The position numbers were made by a program, and so were the translations under genes. The notes beneath the pieces were generated by a model that saw only the letters and a program-made list of their open reading frames with translations, was not told the origin of the DNA and did not search any database. Positions 38,719 through 51,049 of a DNA stretch of 64,000 nt are shown one piece after another (within the stretch, counting starts at the first letter, position 1; each line of letters opens with the position of its first letter). Origin of the DNA: Isurus oxyrinchus (Eukaryota); contig JANJGN010000026.1 of the NCBI GenBank assembly GCA_026770705.1, positions 23,932,001 to 23,996,000 of the forward strand, read 5' to 3'.

Positions 38719-39249
38719 CATTTTGGCCGGAATCCGCTGCATCTATGCCGCAGTGTGGGGCTGTAGCACAGAAATACTCGGCTGCGTCGCAGATCAGAGC
38801 CTCAGCTCCGTTACCTTGATAGTTATGTTAAATGTAGAGGAAAATTGGCCAACGCTGTCTGTCTTCTCGTTTTCATTCACACCGATCAGTTGATTCAGGA
38901 GCTGCGGATGTTGCCCGGGCTGCTGACTATACTAAAACAAATGGTGGAAAAGATTTGTTTTGAAGATGCAGATCACGTGGTGTTCCTGTCGTCTTCGGCA
39001 TCATTTCAGCAACCGATCCGACCACTGTGTCTGGATGGCTCCATCCTAACATAAAGTAGTTGTGTAGATGTCATTATTATCAGAGTCATCATCATCATCA
39101 TCTCAAGCAGCTTAATCATCAGCAGCATCATCTAACAATTAATAACATGTGGGCTACAGCATCCAGGGGTGAACGGATTTTTTTCTGGGAAGGAAATATT
39201 TACTAAGAAGTGATATAATGACGACGAGTGGTTTGATGCAATTCCCCAT
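38719..39249 (-). pseudogene. TCR alpha/delta-type V pseudogene with leader and 23-RSS
   Basis: Leader MGNCIKPLVVIISLL 39249-39204; exon from 39045: ICIFKT...LF*YSQQPGQHPQLL...KVTELRL..DAAEYFCAT; CACACTG 38757-38751 + 23 nt + GCCAAAATG. Confidence 0.85.
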
Positions 39250-39822
39250 GGTGCTCCTCGAGTCTGTAACTCTACAATCCACAAATCCTCTGTCAGGGCA
39301 GAAGTGCAGATCCCCGGTGCACTGTACGGCTGATCCAACCAACGTCAAACCGGGAACAGTGGGAAACAGAAGGTCAGGGAGAGAGAAACAAATGGAAGTA
39401 TGGAGCAGGCGGCCGCGGGCACTGTTCACTCGTAAAATCTATCTATTATGAGCTGAATTGAAAACTAACGCGCCCAACATCAATTATATACTTTTGCCGG
39501 ACTGTAAGGGCTGGGTTACGTTTATAGTCATTTCAAATATGGGGCAAGCAGTCTCGCAACAGGAATAAGATAATTGTTGTATTATTCTATAGTTACTGAT
39601 CGCTTCATAGTTGAAATCTGTACAAGGGGCTGAAACTATCAGTGGGGAACAGAACAAATAGGCATCCCATCCCAATGTACTGGAGCTGAGCTGTTGATTA
39701 ATACCGAACTAAACTTCTCAATTGTGGATTTTTCAAGAAACGTCACATTAGTGGGCCTAAATAGGAGATCAAACGCAATTTCTCCTCAAGCATTTTTAAG
39801 AAAGTGTCTGTCATGGCCTGAT

Positions 39823-39836
39823 CCGCCGCCTGGTGG
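39823..39836 (-). promoter_or_regulatory. CTCF-like motif
   Basis: CCACCAGGCGGCGG on -, 13/14; lies between the 39879 RSS and the 39249 leader. Confidence 0.5.
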
Positions 39837-39878
39837 CCGAATTCAATGAATCTTATTTTCACTGATCTCACAAAACAC

Positions 39879-40208
39879 TGTATTGGTACGAACTGCCCCG
39901 AGGCCCTTCTCACTGAGAGCCTCAGCAGACACTAATACACGGGGTTGTCAGCAACCTGAAGCGCAAACAAGGTGAAAGCAGCTATATTCTTGGGTACTGT
40001 TCGAATGACTGAAAAGCGATCTTTAATGCTTATTTCATATGAATGTGCCAGAATTACGAAAGCTGACGCCGCAATCTGGTTCTGACGGTGAAGCTGCAAA
40101 AAATACTTCACAATGGAAGTTGAAAAAATGCAATTCTTGCTCATGAAGATTCCTTCCAGTTATTGGGCTGCTGTTGCCACTGTCCGACTGAACCTCCAGA
40201 ACTCACTC
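39879..40208 (-). pseudogene. TCR V pseudogene (leader presumably in or beyond the gap)
   Basis: Acceptor cctgcAG; GVSSGGSVGQ.../LEGIFMSKNCIFS...LHRQ...DRFSV...FTLFALQVADNPVY*C; CTCAGTG + 23 nt + ACCAATACA. Confidence 0.8.
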
Positions 40209-40236
40209 CTGCAGGAAATATTTCATGGTTAACCAT

Positions 40237-40392
40237 NNNNNNNNNNNNNNNNNNNNNNNNNNNNNNNNNNNNNNNNNNNNNNNNNNNNNNNNNNNNNNNN
40301 NNNNNNNNNNNNNNNNNNNNNNNNNNNNNNNNNNNNNNNNNNNNNNNNNNNNNNNNNNNNNNNNNNNNNNNNNNNNNNNNNNNNNNNNNNNN
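40237..40392. other. Assembly gap (156 N)
   Basis: Run of N. Confidence 1.
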
Positions 40393-40394
40393 AA

Positions 40395-40487
40395 AAATTG
40401 AAAATGCTGGAAAAACTCAGCAGGTCTGACAGCATCTGTGGAGAGAGAAACAGTTAACGTTTCGAGTCTGTATGACTATTCTTCAGA
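40395..40487 (-). mobile_element. Short Penelope pLTR with hammerhead-like core
   Basis: Minus strand CTGAAGA-A-TAGTC(ataca)GACTC-GAAA-CGTT-AAC at 40452-40486. Confidence 0.7.
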
Positions 40488-41856
40488 TGGATGGATGGAT
40501 CAGTGGATGGGGCTGGGGGGTGGGGGGGGTGGGTGGTGGGGGTGGGGGGGTGGGGGGGGGGGGTGGTTGGTGATGTGTGGGTGGATGTGCCTGAAAAACG
40601 CTGTTCCACATTTTCATCTTTACGATTGACTGCTCCATAACTTGCAGCAGGTCCTTTATTCCATTTGTGTCCGTCTGGTTCTTTCAGTCCTTCCCCATTT
40701 TCTGGATCATTCCAACTCCTTGTCTGTTGAAAACTGACGAGCTGCACGCCACCAAGTGTAACCTGGGGATATCCCTGCAGCACTGAATATTCTTTTCTGG
40801 CGATGCTGAATCTTCACCTCAAAGTTAGAAAGCAGCTTCATGACTGTGATGAGAAACAGGGATTATAACATATGCAACATGCGGCCTTTTCACGTACAAG
40901 AAAGCATTCAGCATATCCTCAACCAAATTACTTCCATCACAGCAGAAACATAGCAGATGATTGAATACATATATTTATTTCCAATTCCCTGGTAATTTCT
41001 TGCTGCTCTGTGATACTGGTGCAGTCACAACACTCTAAACAGCGCGGGAAAAAAGTGCATGCCAAAATATTTATTGAAAACTATTGCCACAATGAAATAT
41101 ATCCGATGGGTATTACAGTTGTTGTCGCAAAGTCACAAGCCCTTAACCCCTTTAACCACACGCCCGAGAGGCTTTCCATTCAGTACATTCGTGCAGAGAG
41201 TCAATTCTTCACGATTTGGTTGGGTGAGGTCAGTACTCCAATGAGATGTGCTCAGGATTGCCGCGATGGAGATTCTGGGTAGGTCAGACATGGTGCATCA
41301 GCTGGACAGAGCTGAGTCGGTGAAGTAGCTGAAGTGATCCGAATCACAGTTTTGAACATGAATAGTGGGTCAATGCTCTACGGGACGAGATGAATCGAAA
41401 CTCATGTTTTTCATACGGTTGCAGTTGCATTGTGAGACTTTCTGTGGTCAGGGAGAAATAGTGTTGTGATATGAAGCTTCCAACAATAAGTCAATGTGGG
41501 AATATTCAGTAATTGCCTTTCCACACAAATTCATGTTCTTAATTTATACCTTCGCTGTTGTTCAAAACTGTGGCAAAATGAATTATTCATATTGTTATTA
41601 ATATAGTTATTAATATTATATTGGTGAAAGGTTTTTAGGTAAACAGCACAGAGTTCCTGACGACACAATTGACGCCCCTTCATTGCAGAAGAGGATCTCT
41701 ACTTTTATCTATCATAATTACCTAGTCTGTGCACACTGCCATTCATGTTTAATGTCCCACTATCAGGAGTAAATGTTGCTGTGCCAACTAACAGAACCAA
41801 TGACAGATGAATGGAGAGATAGTTCCAGGTACATTGTGTTATGACATAGCAGCAGA

Positions 41857-42765
41857 TGTGTAGCCAGGCGGACCAAATCCACGAGAGAAACTTATCACGC
41901 CATCACAAAGATTTTGCAATTTGTGTTTATTACAAGAAGGTGAGTGAACAGTCTTCAGAAATAATGAATCAGCTAAGACCTTTAGAGATTTCAATAATTA
42001 AACTTAAATGTATATTAACAAAATAAAAGATTTCAAACACATACATAAGACTGCAATTACTTAATGCTATAACAAATACTAAAATTCCAAATGACTCCCA
42101 CTTACATATCCCCTTTAAGGCAACAGTCGAAAATAGATTTTAGATTTCAAAGAAAACCAGAAAGTTAACCCAGTGCCGACTTGGCAGCGGATTTACAACT
42201 GGTTTCCTCTAACGTCAGTTACTGGACAAGCCAACTTATGCACAAATAGCTGGAGGCTTCTTGAAGGCTGTTTCACACAGTGCTGTTGATCCTACATGGC
42301 CCTCACCTCACACAGCCTTTCATTCTCCTTTATATATTGTCGCTCTCTTTAAATGTAAATTCTATTGTTCCATATGCCTTTGGAATGGCACCTTTCCCAT
42401 GATAATAAAAATTCATGTTGCCAATATTGTCAGTAACCTTTGGGAAAAAGAAACACACTCCTTAGCCTTGCTTAGCTGGATAGTTATAAACAGACTGACA
42501 TCCTGTTGAAATCCAAACAATCCCTTCATTTATCTAAAATGGCAAATTCCCTTCCCAATGTACAGGCTAAGCCACCACCCTTGTTTACTCATTAGCATCT
42601 CAAACACATTTCTACACCTAGCTTCTTTTGATAACTCCAAGCTTACAGTTTACCTGACTCCAAATGTAATTAAATCACACAGACAAAACCAACTATACTC
42701 ACTCCTATAAACCTACTTTACTATAAGCCAGAAAAATATCATGAAATTATTATACTTTTGTAACA
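41857..42765 (-). mobile_element. Probable solo LTR
   Basis: Bounded by TGT...ACA; its left end resembles the reverse complement of 13170-13350, which carries AATAAA; no TSD confirmed. Confidence 0.4.
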
Positions 42766-43349
42766 TCACCAACATATTGCAAAACAATTTGTATTTCTCG
42801 GTATATTTTTTGCCGTTGATTGTGTTTAATAAACGTCAGTTGTGTCTCAATCCATTAATGGTTTGATCTATTGACAGTTCCAAACCTTTATCTTTCCCAT
42901 AAAATCGATTGCTTGGAACCAAATGAGGTTTCTCACTGTATCAATAATCCCTAATTCTTTTACCACTCCTAATCGATTGATGTTTTACAATCTATTAACG
43001 ATCTCCAATTCTGTAACAATTCAAGGTCCAACGAATACTCTTCTGTTTAAGGAAATGACCCAGTTGGCCCACAAATCAGTTGACTTACTGTGAAGTTCCG
43101 GCTAACCTACAAAATGGTCGAATCTGAGAGTACAACACGCACAATGAAGGAATAATTCTGTTGTCAGACTTAAGATCAGACCTACAGTCAGTGCTTGCAC
43201 CACCAGCGGGACTTTCCAGTAGGGTTTTGAATATTGTTGTGGCCGGATTCAGTCTGATTTAACTATGTGTCTATGTAGAAAGTTGAGCCATAGCCTGGAT
43301 TTCTATTTATTTATATCTTCTTGGTCTATATATTCATTCACAAGGCGCT

Positions 43350-43700
43350 TTGGTTGTCTGTTGTGGCTCAGTTGGCAGCACTTTCCCCTCTGACATTAAA
43401 CTGGGGGCCGTCTGCCCTCTCAGGTCGATGTGAAAGATTCCATGGTACTTTTCCATCTGGAAGTGCAGGGGAGCAATCCCCGATGCCTTGGCAAGCATTT
43501 ATCAGTCAATAAACATAAAAAAATACGCAAAGATGCAGATTACCTGGTCATTATCACATTGCGGTTTGTGGGAGCTTGCCATGCTCAAACAGGCTGCGGT
43601 GTTTCCTACATTACAACTGTGAATATACATCATAAGTGCTTTTTGGTTGTAAAACACTCCGGTGATCATGAAAGGTGCTGTAATATATACTTTTCTTCTG
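43350..43700 (+). mobile_element. DeuSINE-like element (AmnSINE1/SacSINE1 superfamily)
   Basis: ctggtcattatcacattgcggtttgtgggagcttgc...ggctgcggtgtttcctacattacaac core, recognised from memory. Confidence 0.55.
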
Positions 43701-44939
43701 TTTCATTTTCCTTTTTATGAACTATAGGTACAAAATGAAAAGTGTTAGATTGAGACAATAAGTTATAGACTTCTAGAATGAACCTGTGGTCCCGGCTGGG
43801 AAGGAGGTCATTCAGTTCCTCAGGATTAATCCAGTATTTTTAAAAAACTAACGAATTTATCTCATGCACTCTCACCACCCCAACCCCACCCCACCCCACC
43901 GCCCATGCTGTTTCCCGATAGCCCTGCATTTTATGCCCATTGGGTACCATGTCTTCGTTGACAATGGACTAGACTCTGTCCAGCTGTCCCACTTATATTA
44001 CTCTGGAGCATGAGGCCTTTCATATTACGTAAAGCTGTTTTTTAACTATTATTTCACTATATCATATCCGAGGATTTGGAAGGTGTTGGAGCGGAAATGA
44101 TGAATCTAATGGGGTAAGAAGGAATAATGCAGCAACAAAAATAATGTGAAACTTGCAGGAGTGCAGCAAGTTCCAAGCAAGGGAAATAATACATCTGGAT
44201 TCTAAAACTGAGTAAATTCAGGTCAGGTATATGTCGTTTGATTATTACAATCACTTGCACAACTTATCACACTCTCAACGGTTATGTCAGGAGATCCTGT
44301 TTAATGCTGAGCAAAGCACTTAAAACTGAAACGCAGAGACCGGTGTGTATATGCTCACCATCCTTGGAATAATTTAGTCCAATTTCCAACTGAATACTAG
44401 GAACAGAAGTATTCCTTGGTGAGGGAATGCTCAATGTCTTCCCAATTAATGTTAACGATATTATATGAACAGCAAGTACATTTTCAATAAAATAAAACCT
44501 GGAACATAATAGGTAACAATGGTTTTTTATCTTTGTGGATTTCACTTGTAAGTAAATCTGATGCGTACATCACACACACACATTTCAACTTAAGATCCCA
44601 TCTTGCCGACGACGGAGGCTCTGTAGCACCTGCAGAATCAGAGAAAATCACCACCACCACATTTCAGGTGGTTCCATGAAGAAAAAAATCTCTCCCCACT
44701 TCACACTGGTTGAGTTGGTCATTAAAGCTCCCGTCATTCCTACAATGTGCGCTTTGGTCCACATTCTTCGATTGAAACAAGATCTTCATGAATTAATCAA
44801 TAGGAATTGAGACACTTTGCTCTTTTCTTGACCTTAAAGTGCGCAAATCAGGCATGTTAATCTGCCATAGTTGCACCATAAGTATTGGGAGTTTGCACAG
44901 GAGGTAATGAGCCGCTTCATCAGTAGACGTGATTTCTTG

Positions 44940-46230
44940 ATAAATTAAGCCAGCATAGATCCGTTAAGGGCAAATCATGTTTAACTAACTTGTTTGAGTT
45001 TTTTGATGACATAGCAGCGATGGTTGATGAGGGTAATGCTTTTGATGTGGTTTACATGGTCTCTGAAAGGCATTTAATGAAGTGCCGCACAACAGACCTG
45101 TGAGCAAAGTTGGAGCTCACTGGAATAAAATGGACGGTAACATCATGGATTGGGAGCTGGCTGAGTGCCAGGAAACAAAGAGTAGTTTTGAACCGTTGTT
45201 TTTCGGACTCGGGGAAGGATTATAATGAAGTCCCCAAGAGTCAGTGCTAGGACACCTACTTTTCATAATATTTATTCATATACTGGGCCTTGGTGTACAG
45301 GGCACAATTTCAAAATATGCGGACGATGTGAAATGTGGAAGCATTGTGGGCCATGAGGAGGATAGTGTAGAACTTCAAAAAGACATCGAGAGGTTGGTGG
45401 AAAGGACGGACAAGTGACAGTTGAAATGTAATGCAGAGAAGGCAAGAAGTGGTTCATTTTGGTAGGGAGAACGCAGAGAGACAATATAAAAGAAAGGGTA
45501 TGATTCCAAAGGGGCTGCAGGAGCCGACTAACCTGAGCGTATATGTATATAAATTATTGAAGGTGGCAGGACAAGTGGAAAGAGCGTGGTTAATAAAGCA
45601 TGCAGCATCCTGAGCTTTATTAATAGAGGAAAAGTGTTTAAAAGCAAAGAGGTTATGTTAAACGTGTGTGACACATTTCTTAGGCATCAACTGGAGAATT
45701 GCATCCAATTGCGGGCACCACACCTTTGGAAGAATTTGATGGCATGAGAGAGGGCACAGGAAAGATTCATGGAAATTGTTTCAGGGATGAAGAACTCCAG
45801 TTATGCATAAAAAGTGGAGCAGTTGACTTTAATCTCGTTTGAGGAGAGAAATTTTAGAGGAGATTTGATACAGGTATTAAAAATCACGAAGGGTCTGGGC
45901 AGAGTAGGTAGGGTAAAGTTGTTCCCATTGGTGGAAGGATTGAGAACCTGGTGGCTCAGGATTAAAGTAATCTGGAGAAGAAGCAATGGACACAAGAGGA
46001 AAACAATTTCACGCAGTGAGTTGTTAGGATCTGGAATGCCCTGCCTGAGAGTGTGGTGGATTGAGGGACAAATTGATGCTTTCAGAACGAAACTGGATCC
46101 TTATCTGAAAAGAAAAAAAATGCTGGACGATAAAGAAAGCTGTGGCGCAAGGTCAATTACCCCTTCAGAGGGTTAGCACAGACAAGAGTGGCCGAATGGC
46201 ATCCTCCTGTTCTGTAAAAATTCTATGATT
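44940..46230 (+). mobile_element. Degenerate CR1 ORF2
   Basis: aagggcaaatcatgtttaactaacttg (KGKSCLTNL), HFGREN, FEERNFRGDLIQV. Confidence 0.8.
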
Positions 46231-46300
46231 CTATCACTAATGTCGGAAGCAGCAACTAAAATTGACATTTTCACATTTGCAATAGTAGAGTCTGTCCAGT

Positions 46301-49300
46301 CGATAAAAACAAAAAACTGCGGATGCTGGAAATCCAAAACAAAAACAGAATTACCTGGGAAAACTCAGCAGGTCTGGCAGCATCGGCGGAGAAGAAAAGA
46401 GTTGACGTTTCGAGTCCTCCTGACCCTTCAACAGAACTAGGTGAATCCAAGGAAGGGTGAAATATAAGCTGGTTTAAGGTGTGTGTGTAGGGGGGGCGGG
46501 GGGGGGGGAGGGTGCGGGGTTGGGTGGGGGGAGAGAAGTGGAGGGGGGTGTGGTTGTAGTGACAAACAAGCAGTGATAGAAGCAGATCATCAAAAGATGT
46601 CACAGACAACAGAACAAAAGAACACATAGGTGTTGAAGTTGGTGATACATATCTAAACGAATATGCTAATTAAGAATGGATGGTAGGGCACTCAAGGTAT
46701 AGCTCTAGTGGGGGTGGGGGGAGCATAAAAGACTTAAAAATATTTTAAAATAATGGAAATAGGTGTGAAAAGAAATATCTATATAATTTATTGGAAAAAA
46801 CAAAAGGAAGGGGGAAGAAACAGAAAGGGGTTGACGATGGAGGATGGAGTTCAGGACTTAAAGTAGTTGAATTCAGTATTCAGTCTGGAAGGCTGTAAAG
46901 TGCCTAACTGGAAGATGAGGTGTTGTTCCTCCACTTTGAGTTGGGCTTCACTGGAACAATGCAGCAAGCCAAGGACAGACATGTGGGCAAGACAGCAGGG
47001 TGCAGTGTTAAAATGGCAAGCGACAGGGAGGTTTGGGTCATTCTTGTGGACAGACCAAAGGTGTTCTGCAAAGTGGTCGCCCAGTTTACGTTTGGTCTCT
47101 CCAATTAAGAGGAGACCACATTGGGAGCAATGAATACCATAGACTAAGTTGGGGGAAATGCAAGTGAAATGCTGCTTCACTTGAAAGGAGTGTTTGGGCC
47201 CTTGGACGGTGAGGAGAGAGGAAGTGAAGGGGCAGGTGTTACATCTTTTGCGTGGGCATGGGGTGGTGCCATAGGTGGGGGCTGAGGAATAGGTGGTGAT
47301 GGAGGAGTGGACCAGGGTGTCCCGGAGGGAACGATCCCTACGGAATGCCAACAGGGGATGAAGGGAAGATATGTTTCGTGGTGGCATCATGCTGGAGTTG
47401 GCGGAAATGGCGGAGGATGATCCTTTGAATGCGGAGGCTGGTGGGGTGATAAGTGAGGACAAGGGGGACCCTATCATGTTTCTGGGAGGGAGGAGAAGGC
47501 GTGAGGGCGGATGCGCGGGAGATGGGCCGGACACGGTTGAGGGCCCTGTCAACAACCGTGGGTGGCAAGTTCGGTTAAGGAAGAAGGAGGACATGTCAGA
47601 GGAACTGTTTTTGAAGGTAGCATCATTGGAACAGATGTGACGGAGGTGAAGGAACTGAGAGAATGGGATGGAGTCCTTACAGGAAGCGGGGTGTGAGGAA
47701 CTGTAGCCAAGGTAGCTGTGGGAGTCGGTAGGCTTGTAATGGATATTGGTGGACAGTCTATCACCAGAGATTGAGACAGAGAGGTCAAGGAGGGGAAGGG
47801 AAGTGTCAGAGATGGACCACAGGAAAATGATGGAGGGGTGGAGATTGGAAGCAAAATTAATTAAATTTTTCCAAGTCCCGACGAGAGCATGAAGCAGCAC
47901 CGAAGTAATCAACGATATACCGGAGAAAGAGTTGTGAGAGGGGGCCGGAGTAGGACTGGAACAAAGAATGTTCTACATACCCCATAAAGAGACAGGCATA
48001 GCTGGGGCCCATGCGGGTACCCATAGCCACACCTTTTATTTGGAGGAAGTGAGAGGAGTTGAAGGAGAAATTGTTTAGTGTGAGAACAAGTTCAGTCAGA
48101 TGGAGGAGAGTAGTGGTGGATGGGGATTGTTTGGGCCTCTGTTCGAGGAAGAAGCTAAGGGCCCTCAGACCATCCTGGTGGGGAATGGAGGTGTAGAGGG
48201 ATTGGACGTCCATGGTGAAGAGGAGGCGGTTGGGGCCAAGGAACTGGAAATTGTTCTTGTGACGTAAGATGTCACGGGAATCACGGATGTAGGTGGGAAG
48301 GGACTGGACAAGGGGAGAGAGAAGGGAGTCAAATAACGAGAAATGAGTTCTGTGGGGCAGGAGCAAGCTGACACGATCGGTCTACTGGGACAGTTCTGTT
48401 TGTCGATTTTGGGTAGGAGGTAGAAGTGGGCCGTCCGAGGTTGGGCGCCTATCGGGTTGGAAGCTGTGGGAGGAAGATCCCCAGAGGAGGTGAGGTCAGT
48501 GACAGTCCTGGAAACAATGGCTTGATGTTCAGTGGTGGGTCATGGTCCAGGGAGATGTAGGAGGAAGTGTCTGTGAATTGACGAGCCTCTGCGAGGTAGA
48601 GGTCAGTGCGCCAGACAACAACAGCACCACCCTTGTCAGCGGGTTTGATGACAATGTCAGGGTTGGACCTGAGAGAATGGAGTGCAGTAAGTTCAGAGAG
48701 AGAGAGATTAGAATGGGTGAGAGGAGCAGAGAAATTGAGACGACTAACGTCGCGCTGACAGTTCTCAATTAAAAGGTCAAGAGAAGGTAAGAATCCAAAG
48801 GGAGGGGTGGGGGTGGAGGGAGAATATTGGAGGTGGGTGCAAGGATCCATTGAACGGGGAGAGGACTCCTGACCAAAGAAGTGAGCCCAGAGATGAAGAC
48901 GGTGGAAGAAGAGTTCAGCATCGTGCCGAGCCCGAAATTCATTAAGGTGAGGGCGTAGGGATATAAAACTAAGTCCTTTGCTGAGCACTGAACGTTCAGC
49001 ATCGGAGAGGGGAAGGTCAGGGGGTATAGTGAATACCCGGCTGGGGCTGGGATTGGAAGATGGGGTGGGGACGGAGGGACAGACAGGGGTGGATTGTCCT
49101 AGATGGGTGTTGGTGTCGATGAGTTGTTGGAGCTTGCGTTCCTTAGCACTTGAGAGAAAGAGAAAAAGTTTCTTGTTGAGGCGTCGGATGAGGCAAAGAA
49201 TAAAATGAAACTGGGGGCACGTGCAGCTTTGAAAAAGGGTACAGCAGTGCTGCTGGAGGAAGAGGTTGAGTGTGTTCATATGGCGGCGCATGGCACTGAG

Positions 49301-51033
49301 TGTGGATCTCAGAATGTGACTGGAACAGCAGTCCGAGAAACGTTTTATGTCCCAGAGATACCTGTAATCCTGGGTGGGTTCGAAATATGAGGGATGGAAT
49401 TTCAGTTGAAATCCACGTGGGGTAAGTCCGAGACGGAGACAGTCACTGAGAAAGGAGATATGGCTGTGAAAGCGGGTTTTAGTAAACACCTTGTCAAACA
49501 CCAGGAGAGAAATGGAAAGCAATGAAGGTGAGCAAGGCAAAAGAGAGATACGGAAATCTTGTCACAGAGACGAACAGAACTTCTTCAAGGAACGCATTTC
49601 TTGAAGAGCAGTGGCAGTCAATTAAACACAGAGATAAAAACAAAAAACTGCAGATGCTGGAAATCCAAAACAAAAACAGAATTACCTGGAAAAACTCAGC
49701 AGGTCTGGCAGCATCGGTGGAGAAGAAAGAGTTGACGTTTCGAGTCCTCATGACCCTTCAATAGAACTAGGTGAATCCAAGGAAGGGATGAAATATAAGC
49801 TGGTTTAAGGTGTGAGTGTAGGGGGGGTGGGGGGGGAGGGGTTGGGGGGAGGGAGAGAAGTGGAGGGGTGTGTGTGGTTGTAGGGACAAGCAAGAAGTGA
49901 TAGAAGCAGATCATCAAAAGATGTCATATGATAGGGTCCCCCTTGTCCTCACTTATCACCCCACCAGCCTCCGCATTCAAAGGATCATCCTCCACCATTT
50001 CCGCCAACTCCAGCATGATGCCACCACCAAACACATCTTCCCTTTACCCCCCCTGTCGGCATTCCTTAGGGATTGTTCCCTCCGGAACACCCTGGTCCAC
50101 TCCTCCATCACCACCTACTCCTCAACCCCCACCTATGGCACCACCCCATGCCCACGCAAAAGATGTAACACCTGCCCCTTCACTTCCTCTCTCCTCACCG
50201 TCCAAGGGCCCAAACACTCCTTTCAAGTGAAGCAGCATTTCACTTGCATTTCCCCCAACTTAGTCTACTGTATTCGTTGCCCCGAATGTGGTCTCTTCTA
50301 CATTGGAGAGACCAAACGTAAACTGGGCGACCGCTTTGCAGAACACCTTTGGTCTGTCCACAAGAATGACCCAAACCTCCCTGTCGCTTGCCATTTTAAC
50401 ACTGCACCCTGCTGTCTTGTCCACATGTCTGTCCTTGGCTTGCTGCATTGTTCCAGTGAAGCCCAACGCAAAGTGGAGGAACAACACCTCATCTTCCAAC
50501 TAGGCACTTTACAGCCTTCCAGACTGAATATTGAATTCAACTACTTTAGGTCCTGAACTCCATCCTCCATCCCCACCCCCTTTCTGTTTCTTCCCCCTTC
50601 TTTTTGTTTTTTCCAATAAATTATATATATATTTTTCTTTTCCCACCTATTTCCATTATTTTAAAATATTTTTAAATCTTTTATGCTCCCCCCACCCCCA
50701 CTAGAGCTATACCTTGAGTGCCCTACCATCCATTCTTAATTAGCACATTCGTTTAGATATATATCACCAACTTCAACACCTATGTGTTCTTTTGTCTGTG
50801 ACATCTTTTGATGATCTGCTTCTATCACTGCTTGCTTGTCCCTACAACCACACCCCCCTTCACTTCTCTCCCCACCCTCCCCCTACACACACACCTTAAA
50901 CCAGCTTATATTTCACCCCTTCCTTGGATTCACCTAGTTCTTGTGAAGCGTCATGAGGACTCGAAACGTCAACTCTTTTCTGCCGATGCTGCCAGACCTG
51001 CTGAGTTTTTCCAGGTAATTCTGTTTTTGTTTT
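46301..51033 (-). mobile_element. Near full-length Penelope-like retroelement with tandem pLTR and inverted 5' arm
   Basis: ORF about 49540-46851 in three frameshifted pieces: KPADKGGAVVV, TMDVQSLYTSIP, GVAMGTRMGPSYA, LRYIVD (degenerate YIDD), GIY-YIG; pLTRs about 46305-46850 and 49630-49926; inverted arm 49928-51033; 13-bp TSD GAGTCTGTCCAGT at 46288-46300 and 51034-51046. Confidence 0.95.
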
Positions 51034-51049
51034 GAGTCTGTCCAGTAAA

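Noticed and set aside
44358-44629. Possible constant-region exon on - (good acceptor and donor)
   Set aside because: Multiple stops and no C1-set Cys/Trp spacing
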